Assembly: GCA_965248265.1 (NCBI GenBank)
Contig: CBDFJF010000001.1
Span: 1,760,001-1,824,000, forward strand
Length of the DNA: 64,000 nt
Source: Candidatus Latescibacterota bacterium
GTDB lineage: Bacteria; Latescibacterota; UBA2968; UBA8231
Direction of reading: 5' to 3'
Shown: positions 18,400 to 27,456 of the stretch, piece after piece
Layout: the number at the start of each line of letters is the position of its first letter
Position numbering within the stretch: position 1 is the first letter of the stretch
The notes under the pieces: generated by a model
Seen by the model: only the letters and a program-made list of their open reading frames with translations
What the model was told of the DNA's origin: nothing
Database searches by the model: none
Made by a program: the position numbers and the translations under genes

Positions 18400-19314
18400 T
18401 CACCGCTGTACCTTCACTTCTACTCCCATCACCCTTTCCCACACCTTCACCATCGCCGCCTTGCTCTCGTCACCATGTCCTTGAGCCAGGGCCATCTGAT
18501 AGGTCTGCATGGCCGCGGACGCCACCGGCAGCGGCACCCGGCGTTCGTTCGCTCTGGCCATGATGTTGTCCATGTCCTTGTAGGCCAGATGCATCTTGTA
18601 ACCGGTCTCAAAATCGCCCTGAAGAATCCGCTCTGAAAAGAAATCGAAACCGAAACTTTGCCCTGAGCTGGTACCGACAACCGCTCTGACCTTTTCGGGA
18701 TCGAGCCCCAGCCTGGTCGCGAAGGGGAGCATCTCAGCCAGTGCTGCACAGGAAATATTGAACAATACGTTATTCGTCATCTTCATCAGCTGCCCGTTGC
18801 CGGCGGGTCCCATGTGCACGACGAGCTCGCCAATCGTATGCAAAAGTGGCAGGACTTTTTCGAAGGCACCCTCATCTCCACCCACCATGATGGTCAGGGT
18901 GCCGTCCTCGGCACGCGCATCCAGGCCAGACACCGGCGCGTCCAGCCAAAAAACACCACTGGCGGCCTGCTCCTCCGCCAGCTCACAGGTCTGCGTGGGA
19001 TCCGTGGTGCCACAGTCGATGATGATCTGACCCCGACGCAGCGCCTGGCTCATCCCCCCATCGCCGTGGAGGACCTCGTTGACTGACTTGCCATCCGGGA
19101 GGGATAGGATTAGCCAATCGCACTGCTCCGCGACATAGCGTGGACTGTCGGCGGCATGGGCGCCGGCGCGGACGATCGGGTCTAGCGCCTCGGCCCGCAC
19201 ATCGTAAGCCCACAGGTCATAGCCCTGTTCGATGACGTTGCGTGCCATTCGTCCACCCATGGCGCCTACTCCGATGAAGCCGATGACTCCGTCGACGTCG
19301 ACACTCTCTTTCAT
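18400..19314 (-). CDS. 3-hydroxyisobutyrate dehydrogenase / tartronate semialdehyde reductase family
   Basis: IGFIGVGAMG, DAPVSG, GTLTIMVGG and KMTNN. Confidence 0.9.
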   Translation of the reverse strand: MKESVDVDGVIGFIGVGAMGGRMARNVIEQGYDLWAYDVRAEALDPIVRAGAHAADSPRYVAEQCDWLILSLPDGKSVNEVLHGDGGMSQALRRGQIIIDCGTTDPTQTCELAEEQAASGVFWLDAPVSGLDARAEDGTLTIMVGGDEGAFEKVLPLLHTIGELVVHMGPAGNGQLMKMTNNVLFNISCAALAEMLPFATRLGLDPEKVRAVVGTSSGQSFGFDFFSERILQGDFETGYKMHLAYKDMDNIMARANERRVPLPVASAAMQTYQMALAQGHGDESKAAMVKVWERVMGVEVKVQR

Positions 19315-19387
19315 TACCCAATTCTCCTGAGTAGATTTCTGCCCTTGCTATTGCTGTTAGACGATTTGCCACGACGAGGAGGTTGTT

Positions 19388-19951
19388 GTGCCGACCCGAA
19401 TTCCACAGTTGGACAGATCAGACCTCCATGAGAGCCACCGCCCCATCTACGATTCCGTCGTCGCCAGCCGGGGTACGATCAGCGGGCCCTTCCGCATCTG
19501 GCTGCACAGCCCCGAGTTCGCGGACCGGGCTCAGCGCCTCGGACAGTTCGTGCGCTATGACACCAGCCTGCCGGCCAGGCTCAGCGAACTGGCCATTCTG
19601 GTCTGTGCCCGCTTCATGGACTGCCAGGTGGAGTGGAGTCTGCATGAACAAGCGGCCCTGGACGGCGGCCTGGCCGTTGATGTCGTCGACGCGATTCGCG
19701 AGCGGCGTGTTCCGGCATTCGGTTCGGAGGACGAACGTGCGGTGTACAATTTTACCGGCGAACTACTGGAATCCCGGTCCGTCGAGGACCACACCTTCGC
19801 CAACACCCGCAGCCACCTGGCGGATGCCCAACTGGTCGAACTCACCGGACTCATCGGTTACTACTGCACCGTCGCCATGACCCTCAACGCCTTCCAGGTG
19901 CCACTTCCCGAGGGTACCCTGCCCACGCTGGTCGATTGCCCGACCTTCTGA
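19388..19951 (+). CDS. Carboxymuconolactone decarboxylase family protein
   Basis: GPFRIWLHSP, ELAIL, EWSLH and GYY motifs; GAGGAGG RBS. Confidence 0.85.
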   Translation: MPTRIPQLDRSDLHESHRPIYDSVVASRGTISGPFRIWLHSPEFADRAQRLGQFVRYDTSLPARLSELAILVCARFMDCQVEWSLHEQAALDGGLAVDVVDAIRERRVPAFGSEDERAVYNFTGELLESRSVEDHTFANTRSHLADAQLVELTGLIGYYCTVAMTLNAFQVPLPEGTLPTLVDCPTF

Positions 19952-19990
19952 CCTCCGGAAGACCCCAGCATGGTGATCAGTTTATTGCAA

Positions 19991-20884
19991 TCAGTTCTTT
20001 ATGAACGTCCCGTTGTTCAATTCGGCGTACGCCGCGCGCAATTCCTCTTGCGTATTCATCACAATCGGACCGCGCCAGGCGACCGGCTCCTCCAGCGGTT
20101 GACCCGATACCAGTAGAAAGCGAATTCCGGATTCACCGGCCTGTACGGTGACCTCGTCGCCCCGATCGAAGAGCACCAGCGATCGATTCACAACCAGGCT
20201 CCCATCAGCCGCGCCTACGCCTTCCGTCAACACCTCCTGCGGCTCGGAGGCGTCGCGGAAGGTGCCCGCTCCGTTGAAGACGTAGGCGAAGGCATGCCGC
20301 GACGTCTCAACGGGAAGCGTCTTGCGTTGGCCCGGCGGCACCCACACATCGAGATAGCGCGGATCCGTGGCGATGCCATCTACGGGGCCGGTCTTGCCCC
20401 AGAATTCCCCGCAGATGATGCGGACACTGGTGCCGTCGTCGTCGGTAACCTCCGGGACATCTCCTGAAATGACGTCCTGGTACCTGGGGGCCGTCATCTT
20501 CTCGCTTGCCGGCAGATTGGCCCACAGCTGAAAGCCGTGCATGCGACCCTGGGGATCGCCCTGGGGCATCTCCTGATGCAGGATCCCTCGTCCCGCAGTC
20601 ATCCACTGCACGTCACCAGCCGCCAACGCCCCCCGGTTGCCCAGACTGTCGCCGTGGGAGACCGTGCCGGCCAGCACATAGGTGATGGTCTCTATGCCGC
20701 GGTGAGGGTGCCAGGGGAAACCGGCGAGATAATCATTGGGGTCGTCGTTGCGAAAATCGTCGAACAGCAGAAAAGGGTCGAACTCCTCGGTCTCGCCGAA
20801 GCCGAAGGCGCGGTGCAGCCGCACTCCGGCGCCTTCTACGGTGGGTTTGCCCGCGATGACTCGCTTGACTGGTCGGATGGACAC
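19991..20884 (-). CDS. Pirin family protein
   Basis: DPFLLFD, HPHRGIETITY, WMTAGRGILHQE and GPIVMNT. Confidence 0.95.
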   Translation of the reverse strand: MSIRPVKRVIAGKPTVEGAGVRLHRAFGFGETEEFDPFLLFDDFRNDDPNDYLAGFPWHPHRGIETITYVLAGTVSHGDSLGNRGALAAGDVQWMTAGRGILHQEMPQGDPQGRMHGFQLWANLPASEKMTAPRYQDVISGDVPEVTDDDGTSVRIICGEFWGKTGPVDGIATDPRYLDVWVPPGQRKTLPVETSRHAFAYVFNGAGTFRDASEPQEVLTEGVGAADGSLVVNRSLVLFDRGDEVTVQAGESGIRFLLVSGQPLEEPVAWRGPIVMNTQEELRAAYAELNNGTFIKN

Positions 20885-21054
20885 GTGTGTTACCTCGTAA
20901 AGGAGAATGGACGTTGGCTTTTTGACGCGCGACGCCAGCTGGCTACCTTCGAATGGTAGCAGTCAGCTATTAGTATGTCGGATGCCACACCAGTTGTCGA
21001 GGGCCGGTCCCCCCACACCCGACGATCTCACGATTGTCCATGAGAAAGAGCGCG

Positions 21055-22104
21055 ATGCCCAACTTCACTGAAGAGCAGTTGACGGAAACCATGACCAAAA
21101 TCCTTGCCGCCGTCGGACTGTCAGAGGAAAATGCCCGGTTGGTGGCGCAGCTGTTGGCCGAGGCCAATAGCATGGGCCACGATTCCCATGGAATCATCCG
21201 TATCCCGCAGTACCTCGATTTGGTCGAGAAGGGTGAAATCGTTGCGGATGCCGAGGTCGAGGTGCTTCAGGATAGCATGCTCACTCCGATCGTCGACGGG
21301 AATTGGGGATTCGGACAGGTCACCATGAACCGGGCGGTTGAGATCGGCCTCGAAAAAGCCAGCCAAAGCGGCCTCGCGGCCGTCGCCGTGCGCGGCTCCA
21401 ACCACATTGGGCGCCTTGGCAGCTACGTCGATCGCATCGCCCGTCAGGGGATGATCGGTCTGATGTTCGTCAATGCCGTGGGCACCCCCGCCTTCAGAAT
21501 GGCTCCCTGGGGAGGGACCGAGCCACGGCTGGTGACGGACCCACTGGCCTTCGGCATCCCGTCCCCATCTGGTGAACCCATCGTCATGGACATGACGACG
21601 ACGGTTGTTGCCGAGGGCAAAGTCAGAGTCAAACGCAACCGCGGCGAGCAGACACCGGATGGCTGGTTGCTCGACTCCGATGGGAACCCCACCAATGACC
21701 CCAACGACCTCTACGGGGATCCGCCCGGCAGCATCCTGCCGCTGGGAGGTGCTACGGCTGGCCACAAGGGCTACGGACTCAATATTGCCATCGAACTTCT
21801 CGCCGGCGTGCTGACCGGAACCGGATCCACCGGCACTGGTGAGCGGCTGGCCAATGGTGTCCTCCTCATCATCCTCGACATCGCCCAGTTCCTGCCGCTG
21901 GATGAATTCCACCAGCAGGCGAATTCCTTCATCGCCCACGTCAAATCCTCACCGCCAGCCCCCGGATTCGACGAGATCCTGCTCCCCGGAGAAATAGAGC
22001 ATAAGGTGAGGGAACAACGCACCCAGGACGGCATCTTCGTCGAGGATGAAACCTGGGAGCAGATCATCGAATGGGGAAACAAGCTCGGAGTCAGCCTGTC
22101 GTAG
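21055..22104 (+). CDS. Ldh_2 family (malate/L-lactate/ureidoglycolate) dehydrogenase
   Basis: GHDSHG, NHIGRLG, DMTT, HKGYGL and LLPGE. Confidence 0.9.
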   Translation: MPNFTEEQLTETMTKILAAVGLSEENARLVAQLLAEANSMGHDSHGIIRIPQYLDLVEKGEIVADAEVEVLQDSMLTPIVDGNWGFGQVTMNRAVEIGLEKASQSGLAAVAVRGSNHIGRLGSYVDRIARQGMIGLMFVNAVGTPAFRMAPWGGTEPRLVTDPLAFGIPSPSGEPIVMDMTTTVVAEGKVRVKRNRGEQTPDGWLLDSDGNPTNDPNDLYGDPPGSILPLGGATAGHKGYGLNIAIELLAGVLTGTGSTGTGERLANGVLLIILDIAQFLPLDEFHQQANSFIAHVKSSPPAPGFDEILLPGEIEHKVREQRTQDGIFVEDETWEQIIEWGNKLGVSLS

Positions 22105-22140
22105 CAACGCTGACGGCCATCTTCCGCGGGTAACAGGACC

Positions 22141-22698
22141 CTACTCAGCGGGCGCGTCGTCCGCTGGCTCCGCCGGGGCTTCCTCTGCCGCATCCTCCGC
22201 GGGAGTCTCCTCGGTATCTGCGTCCTCGATCTCCTCCGACATGGCTTCTTTCCCTATTCTGCCACCACCCTTTTCCGGGACGGCCAGGACCGGGACGGGT
22301 GAAGCGCGCATGACCTTATCCACGACGCTGCCGATCATGAGCCGTTTGAGCCCGCTCAGTCCGTGTGTCCCCATGACGATGAGGTCCGCTTTTTCCTTCT
22401 TGGCCAGGTAGACGACCTGGGCAGCCGGCAGGCCCGGAACAATTCGCTTTTCTACTTTCCTGCTCTTTGGCAGGCACTTCTTGACGAAGTCGTCCATCAT
22501 CTTGTGCGCCGCTTCGTCCAGGTTTCGCAGCACCTTCTTTCCGGGTTTTTTCGAGGCGTAGAAACCCGGAGAGTTGGCGGGGTCATGGATGACGTGCAGG
22601 AGAATCATCTTGGTGTTGAACTTCGTGGCGATCTTGTCGGCGAACGCCAGAGCCTTGCGGGACCCCTGGGAGAAATCAACTGCGACGAGGATCTTCAT
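22141..22698 (-). CDS. Universal stress protein with acidic tail
   Basis: KILVAVDFS and DLIVMGTHG...GSVVDKV. Confidence 0.9.
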   Translation of the reverse strand: MKILVAVDFSQGSRKALAFADKIATKFNTKMILLHVIHDPANSPGFYASKKPGKKVLRNLDEAAHKMMDDFVKKCLPKSRKVEKRIVPGLPAAQVVYLAKKEKADLIVMGTHGLSGLKRLMIGSVVDKVMRASPVPVLAVPEKGGGRIGKEAMSEEIEDADTEETPAEDAAEEAPAEPADDAPAE

Positions 22699-22728
22699 GG
22701 TCCATGTCTCCTTGCTGGACTGTTCGAA

Positions 22729-24585
22729 CTACGACTGCTGCTGCGTGGCAGCCAACGGTTGCGGCCCGCCCTTCTTACGCTCGCCGCCTCGGGTATCGAG
22801 ATAACCCTCGAGCATGGTGTAAGCAATCGTTTCCGCGTATGAATTGATGCGCTGCAGGTAATCGGCCACGTCGAGATACAGGTGGTTGACCTCGCGCGAC
22901 CCTTCCTGAACGCTGCTCAGCTCGCCGAAGTGCGTCATCTCGTAGCGGTGGCCCAGATCGGTCAGGGCCTCCCTTGACCGAATGACCTGACGTGCTTCCT
23001 CCGGGCTGTTGCGCTCGAAGGCCTGCATGACTGTCTCAAAATTCCGCAGCACGCCCCGGTGATACCCGCGCAGTTGCTCGTTACCCTCGTCCGAAAACTC
23101 GATGCCCGCTTCCCCTTTTCGCCGTAGCAGTGGTACGAGATCTCTGCGGACAAGATCGCTGATGTGCTCCAGATCGGTGGCGATATTCATCAACTGCGTG
23201 CCGAACGCTGATTGCTCCTGGTTCAGAGGCCGGCGTGAAATCTCAAGCAGGTAGTTGTCGATTTCCTCAGCGACATATTCGACCTCGTCCTGCCGTTTGA
23301 GAATATCGTCGCCGACACTGACATGGTTGGCAATAAAAGCCGGAACGATGTCTTCGACGATGCCCCGAACCATTTCGGCGATTCGCGCTATCTCGCCGCG
23401 GGTTTGCTCGAGCGCGATCGAAGGCACCGCGAACAGGTCGGGGTCGAGGTGAATGGTCGTCCACTCCCGTCGAGTCACATCGGCAACCGCCTCCTCTTCC
23501 CTATCGGGCAGCAAGAACTCGACGATGCGAGCAAACTGACCGGCAAACGGTAAGAACACGATGGTGTTGACGACGTTGAAAATCGTGTGTGCGTTGGCGA
23601 TCTGGCGCGGAGTCTCAGCTGCCGTTTTCTCCACCCCCGAGAGACCGGCCGCAACCGGGGATATCCACACCACGATTTTTCCCAGCTGGTCAATCAAGCC
23701 CACCCACAGCAATACCCCGATGACGTTGAAGAGGATGTGGACGAGGCTGGCACGTACCGCCTCACGCGGTTTGCCGATGGATGCCAATATCGCTGTAATG
23801 CAGGTGCCGATGTTGGCGCCGAACGCCAGGGCAATGCCCGCCGGCAGGCTGATCAACCCCTGACCTGCCATGACGATTACGATACCCGTGGTCGCAGCCG
23901 AGGACTGGATAAGGCCCGTGAACGCGGCCGCTACCGTAATCGCCAGCAGGGGCGACTCCATTTGGGTCATGAGCTCGAGGAAGGGTCCGTAGGAGCGCAG
24001 GGGATGCATGGCGCTGCTCATCATCCCCATGCCCATACACATGAAGCCGTATTGCTTGAGCTCTTCCTTCTTGCCCAGGAAGGATGCGGCAAAACCCACG
24101 GCCACCAGCAGCAAGGCGTACTTGGTTACCTTGAAAGCGATGATCTGAGCCGTGACAGTGCTGCCAATATTGGCGCCGAAGATGACACTGACGGATTGGG
24201 ACAGGGACATGATGTTGGCGGTGATGAAACCCACCACGAGCACCGTGGTCACCGAGGAGGACTGTACGCAGGCGGTGACGAAGGCTCCGGTCAGCGCTCC
24301 GGTGACGCGGTTGGTAGTCAGCCTGGCGAGAACGTCTTTCAGGCTGTCGCCAGCGCGGGCCTTCAGCGCATCTGCCAGCTGTTCCATGCCGAACAGAAAA
24401 AGGGCCAGTCCGCCCACCAGCCCCATACCCATGGTGAAGATGTCGAGTTGACTCGGTGCGGCCGCATCTTCCTTACTCAAGGCGAAGACCCGGATGCTGA
24501 CCAGACCCACCAGAAGGCTGGACAGGAAGAGCAGCCTCAGAATCGGCTGGCGTCGTATGAAACTGAAGACCCCGATCGTACTCAT
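22729..24585 (-). CDS. Na/Pi cotransporter family protein with PhoU-like C-terminus
   Basis: Two QSSS/QSSA + GANIG repeats, IANAHTIFN and DLEHISD. Confidence 0.9.
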   Translation of the reverse strand: MSTIGVFSFIRRQPILRLLFLSSLLVGLVSIRVFALSKEDAAAPSQLDIFTMGMGLVGGLALFLFGMEQLADALKARAGDSLKDVLARLTTNRVTGALTGAFVTACVQSSSVTTVLVVGFITANIMSLSQSVSVIFGANIGSTVTAQIIAFKVTKYALLLVAVGFAASFLGKKEELKQYGFMCMGMGMMSSAMHPLRSYGPFLELMTQMESPLLAITVAAAFTGLIQSSAATTGIVIVMAGQGLISLPAGIALAFGANIGTCITAILASIGKPREAVRASLVHILFNVIGVLLWVGLIDQLGKIVVWISPVAAGLSGVEKTAAETPRQIANAHTIFNVVNTIVFLPFAGQFARIVEFLLPDREEEAVADVTRREWTTIHLDPDLFAVPSIALEQTRGEIARIAEMVRGIVEDIVPAFIANHVSVGDDILKRQDEVEYVAEEIDNYLLEISRRPLNQEQSAFGTQLMNIATDLEHISDLVRRDLVPLLRRKGEAGIEFSDEGNEQLRGYHRGVLRNFETVMQAFERNSPEEARQVIRSREALTDLGHRYEMTHFGELSSVQEGSREVNHLYLDVADYLQRINSYAETIAYTMLEGYLDTRGGERKKGGPQPLAATQQQS

Positions 24586-24843
24586 CGTTGCCCCCCTTGT
24601 CGGAGATGGACCATCAGTATTTGCACCCCCAAATCAACAGAACTTGGACCTGGCCATAGAGGAGGCCAGGTCTCGCAAAACGCCTAAAGCCTACAAAGTC
24701 CTCGAATAAGGTAGCAAAGTGAGACCGCCGTGACACATCCCGTCCGAACCTGGCTGCAGCGACTGGGAACAGGGATCATCCGTTGCGTAATCCGGGCGCC
24801 TTGACCACACGCCGGAGAATGGGCTTAATCCACTGTAATACAC

Positions 24844-24858
24844 GAGTACCAGGTACTC
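24844..24858. promoter_or_regulatory. Putative operator palindrome upstream of the molybdoenzyme operon
   Basis: GAGTACC-A-GGTACTC perfect dyad, downstream of TTGACC-N17-CTTAAT (24801-24829). Confidence 0.45.
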
Positions 24859-24873
24859 ATTAACCCAACGAAA

Positions 24874-27180
24874 TTGGATACTGTTGTGATCGATTACGAA
24901 CCCAACGCGGTCCTGTCGACGGTGGAATACCGGGTCGTCGGCAAACGCCCGGTGCGTCATGACGGGGCCGACAAAGTGACCGGTAAGGCGCGTTACGGGG
25001 CAGATATGGGACTGCCCGGCATGCTCTACGGCGCCATCCTGCGCAGTCCGCACGCCCACGCTCGGATTGTCAGCATCGACACCAGCCGGGCTGAGGCGGC
25101 GGCGGTCAAAGCAGTAGTTACGGCGGCGGACTTTCCTGACCCAGGACCGGCCCCCGGCAGTTTCCAGCTGCTCAACCTGATGGCTCGAGACAAGGTTCAC
25201 TACAAGGGCCATGCGCTGGCGGCTGTGGCAGCGGTGAGTCAGCAAGCGGCGTGGGATGCACTGGCGTTAATCCAGGTCGAATATGAAGCCCTGCCGATCG
25301 TCATCGACGCCGAGGACGCCATGGCGGATGGGGCGACCACGCTGTTCGAAGACCTGCAGGCGATGATGGATCCGGAAAGCGTCGACCTCGAGACCTGGCC
25401 TCCCAATGTGGCCAATCACCTCGAGCAGGAAATCGGTGATGTCACCGAGGGCTTCTCCCGCGCTGAGATCACCGTGGAAAGACACACGCGCACGTGCGCT
25501 GTTCATCAGGGATACATAGAACCCCACGCCGGCACCGCTGTATGGCACGAGGATGGGCGCCTGACCGTCTACAGCAGCAGTCAAGGGCACTTCTCGGTCA
25601 GGGATCTGACCGCCCGGGTATGTGGAGTGCCGGTATCCCAGGTGCGTGCCGTGCCGCTTGAGATCGGCGGCGGTTTTGGCGCCAAGCTGCGGGCTTACGT
25701 CGAACCGGTGGCGGCCTTGCTGGCGCGCAAAGCCGGCGCGGCAGTGAAAATCGTGATGACTCGCGCAGAGGTCTTCGAAGGCACCGGGCCGACCTCGGGA
25801 ACCCGGGTAGAGGTAAAGCTTGGAGCCACTCTCGACGGGCGGATCACGGCCGCGTCGGCACGCCTGGTGTACGAAGCGGGCGGCTTTCCCGGATCATCCG
25901 TCGGCGGTGGAGTCCGTGGCATATTCTCGCCCTACGACATCCCCAACGCCCGCATCGAGGGTTTTGACGTCGTCGTCAACCGGCCAAAAACATCGGCGTA
26001 TCGTGCCCCGGGCACTCCCGCGGCCGCCTTTGCCATGGAAACAGCCCTGGACGAGTTGGCCGAGCGCCTCGACATGGATCCGCTCGAGTTGCGCCTGAAA
26101 AACTGCGCTCGCGAGGGCACCCGTCTCGTGTCCGGAGTACAGCTGCCGAAGGTCGGCTTCACGGAAGTGCTCGAAGCGGCGCGTGCGCACCCACATTACA
26201 GCGCCCCCCTCGAAGGTCCGTGGCGCGGTCGCGGTGTCGCCAGCGGCTACTGGAGCAACGGCAGCGGCCCCTCGAGTGCGGTGGCTGTCGTTCACCCGGA
26301 CGGCACCGTCCACCTGGCAGAGGGCTCTCCCGACATCGGCGGCTCTCGCACCGCCGTGGCACAGCAGTTCGCCGAGACCCTGGGTATCGCTGTCGAGGAT
26401 GTCCATCCGGAGGTCGTCGACACCGACTCAGTGGGGTTCACCTCGAACACCGGCGGCAGCGGCGTCGCCTTCAAGACCGGGTTCGCCGCGATCACGGCAG
26501 CCGAGGACATCAAGGGGCAGCTGATCCAGCGCGCCGCCCTGATCTGGGAGTGCGATGCAAATGAGGTGCATTACCTCGACGGCACTCTGCGGAACAAGGT
26601 TGATCCCAACCGTCAGCTCACGATCCAGGATATCTCCTCGAGGGCGACCGCTACCGGTGGCGCCATAGTCGGCCGCGCCGGCGTTAACCCATCGGGCGCG
26701 GGACCGACCATCGCCACTCACATCGTCGACGTCGAGGTCGATCCGGAAACAGGCAAGGTGACCGTGCTGCGTTATACCGCGTTGCAGGACGCAGGCAAGG
26801 CCATTCACCCCAGCTACGTCGAGGGCCAGATGCAAGGAGCAGTGGCTCAGGGTGTCGGCTGGGCGTTGAACGAAGAGTATTTTACCAACGATGCCGGCGT
26901 CATGGAGAACTCGACATTCCTCGACTATCGGATGCCGACGAGCCTGGACCTGCCCATGATCGACACCGTCATCGTCGAGGTCGCCAATCCCAACCACCCT
27001 TTCGGCGTGCGCGGCGTCGGTGAGGTGCCGATCGTGCCTCCCGTGGCCGCAATGGCAAATGCCATCCACGCCGCCACCGGCGTGCGCCTGAACCAGCTGC
27101 CAATGAAGCCGTCTGCCGTGGTGGCCGCCCTTGCCCGGCGCGACGAGTCGTCAGCCGGGGCTGCCGGCGGAGGCAGCTGA
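24874..27180 (+). CDS. Xanthine dehydrogenase family molybdopterin-binding subunit
   Basis: KVTGKARYGAD, RSPHAHA, IGGGFGAK, AYRAPG, EGQMQG and GVRGVGE. Confidence 0.95.
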   Translation: MDTVVIDYEPNAVLSTVEYRVVGKRPVRHDGADKVTGKARYGADMGLPGMLYGAILRSPHAHARIVSIDTSRAEAAAVKAVVTAADFPDPGPAPGSFQLLNLMARDKVHYKGHALAAVAAVSQQAAWDALALIQVEYEALPIVIDAEDAMADGATTLFEDLQAMMDPESVDLETWPPNVANHLEQEIGDVTEGFSRAEITVERHTRTCAVHQGYIEPHAGTAVWHEDGRLTVYSSSQGHFSVRDLTARVCGVPVSQVRAVPLEIGGGFGAKLRAYVEPVAALLARKAGAAVKIVMTRAEVFEGTGPTSGTRVEVKLGATLDGRITAASARLVYEAGGFPGSSVGGGVRGIFSPYDIPNARIEGFDVVVNRPKTSAYRAPGTPAAAFAMETALDELAERLDMDPLELRLKNCAREGTRLVSGVQLPKVGFTEVLEAARAHPHYSAPLEGPWRGRGVASGYWSNGSGPSSAVAVVHPDGTVHLAEGSPDIGGSRTAVAQQFAETLGIAVEDVHPEVVDTDSVGFTSNTGGSGVAFKTGFAAITAAEDIKGQLIQRAALIWECDANEVHYLDGTLRNKVDPNRQLTIQDISSRATATGGAIVGRAGVNPSGAGPTIATHIVDVEVDPETGKVTVLRYTALQDAGKAIHPSYVEGQMQGAVAQGVGWALNEEYFTNDAGVMENSTFLDYRMPTSLDLPMIDTVIVEVANPNHPFGVRGVGEVPIVPPVAAMANAIHAATGVRLNQLPMKPSAVVAALARRDESSAGAAGGGS

Positions 27181-27185
27181 ACATC

Positions 27186-27455
27186 GTGGCCCTGGTCTGG
27201 ATCCCGCCTCGGCTACAGCCGCTCACCGAGGGCCGCAAGCAGGTCGAGGTCTCAGGATCGACCGTGCGCCAGATCATCGACGCGCTCGATGATCACTTCC
27301 CCGGACTCAAAGCCAAACTCTACGATGCTGAGCGCGACAGCCTGGTCCGCGGCATCGCGGTCACAGTCGATGCCATGACCAGTGAGGTGGGCTTGCTGGA
27401 GAAGGTCGGCGAGGACAGTGAAGTGCACTTCCTTGCCGCCATCGCAGGTGGTTGA
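27186..27455 (+). CDS. MoaD/ThiS family sulfur carrier
   Basis: Ubiquitin-like size with C-terminal AIAGG. Confidence 0.9.
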   Translation: MALVWIPPRLQPLTEGRKQVEVSGSTVRQIIDALDDHFPGLKAKLYDAERDSLVRGIAVTVDAMTSEVGLLEKVGEDSEVHFLAAIAGG

Positions 27456-27456
27456 G

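Noticed and set aside
23587-24687. Long antisense ORFs (also 17246-18286, 38300-39658, 45814-46734, 51554-52639, 63048-63866)
   Set aside because: They lie opposite well-supported genes, lack recognisable motifs, and are expected in high-GC DNA.
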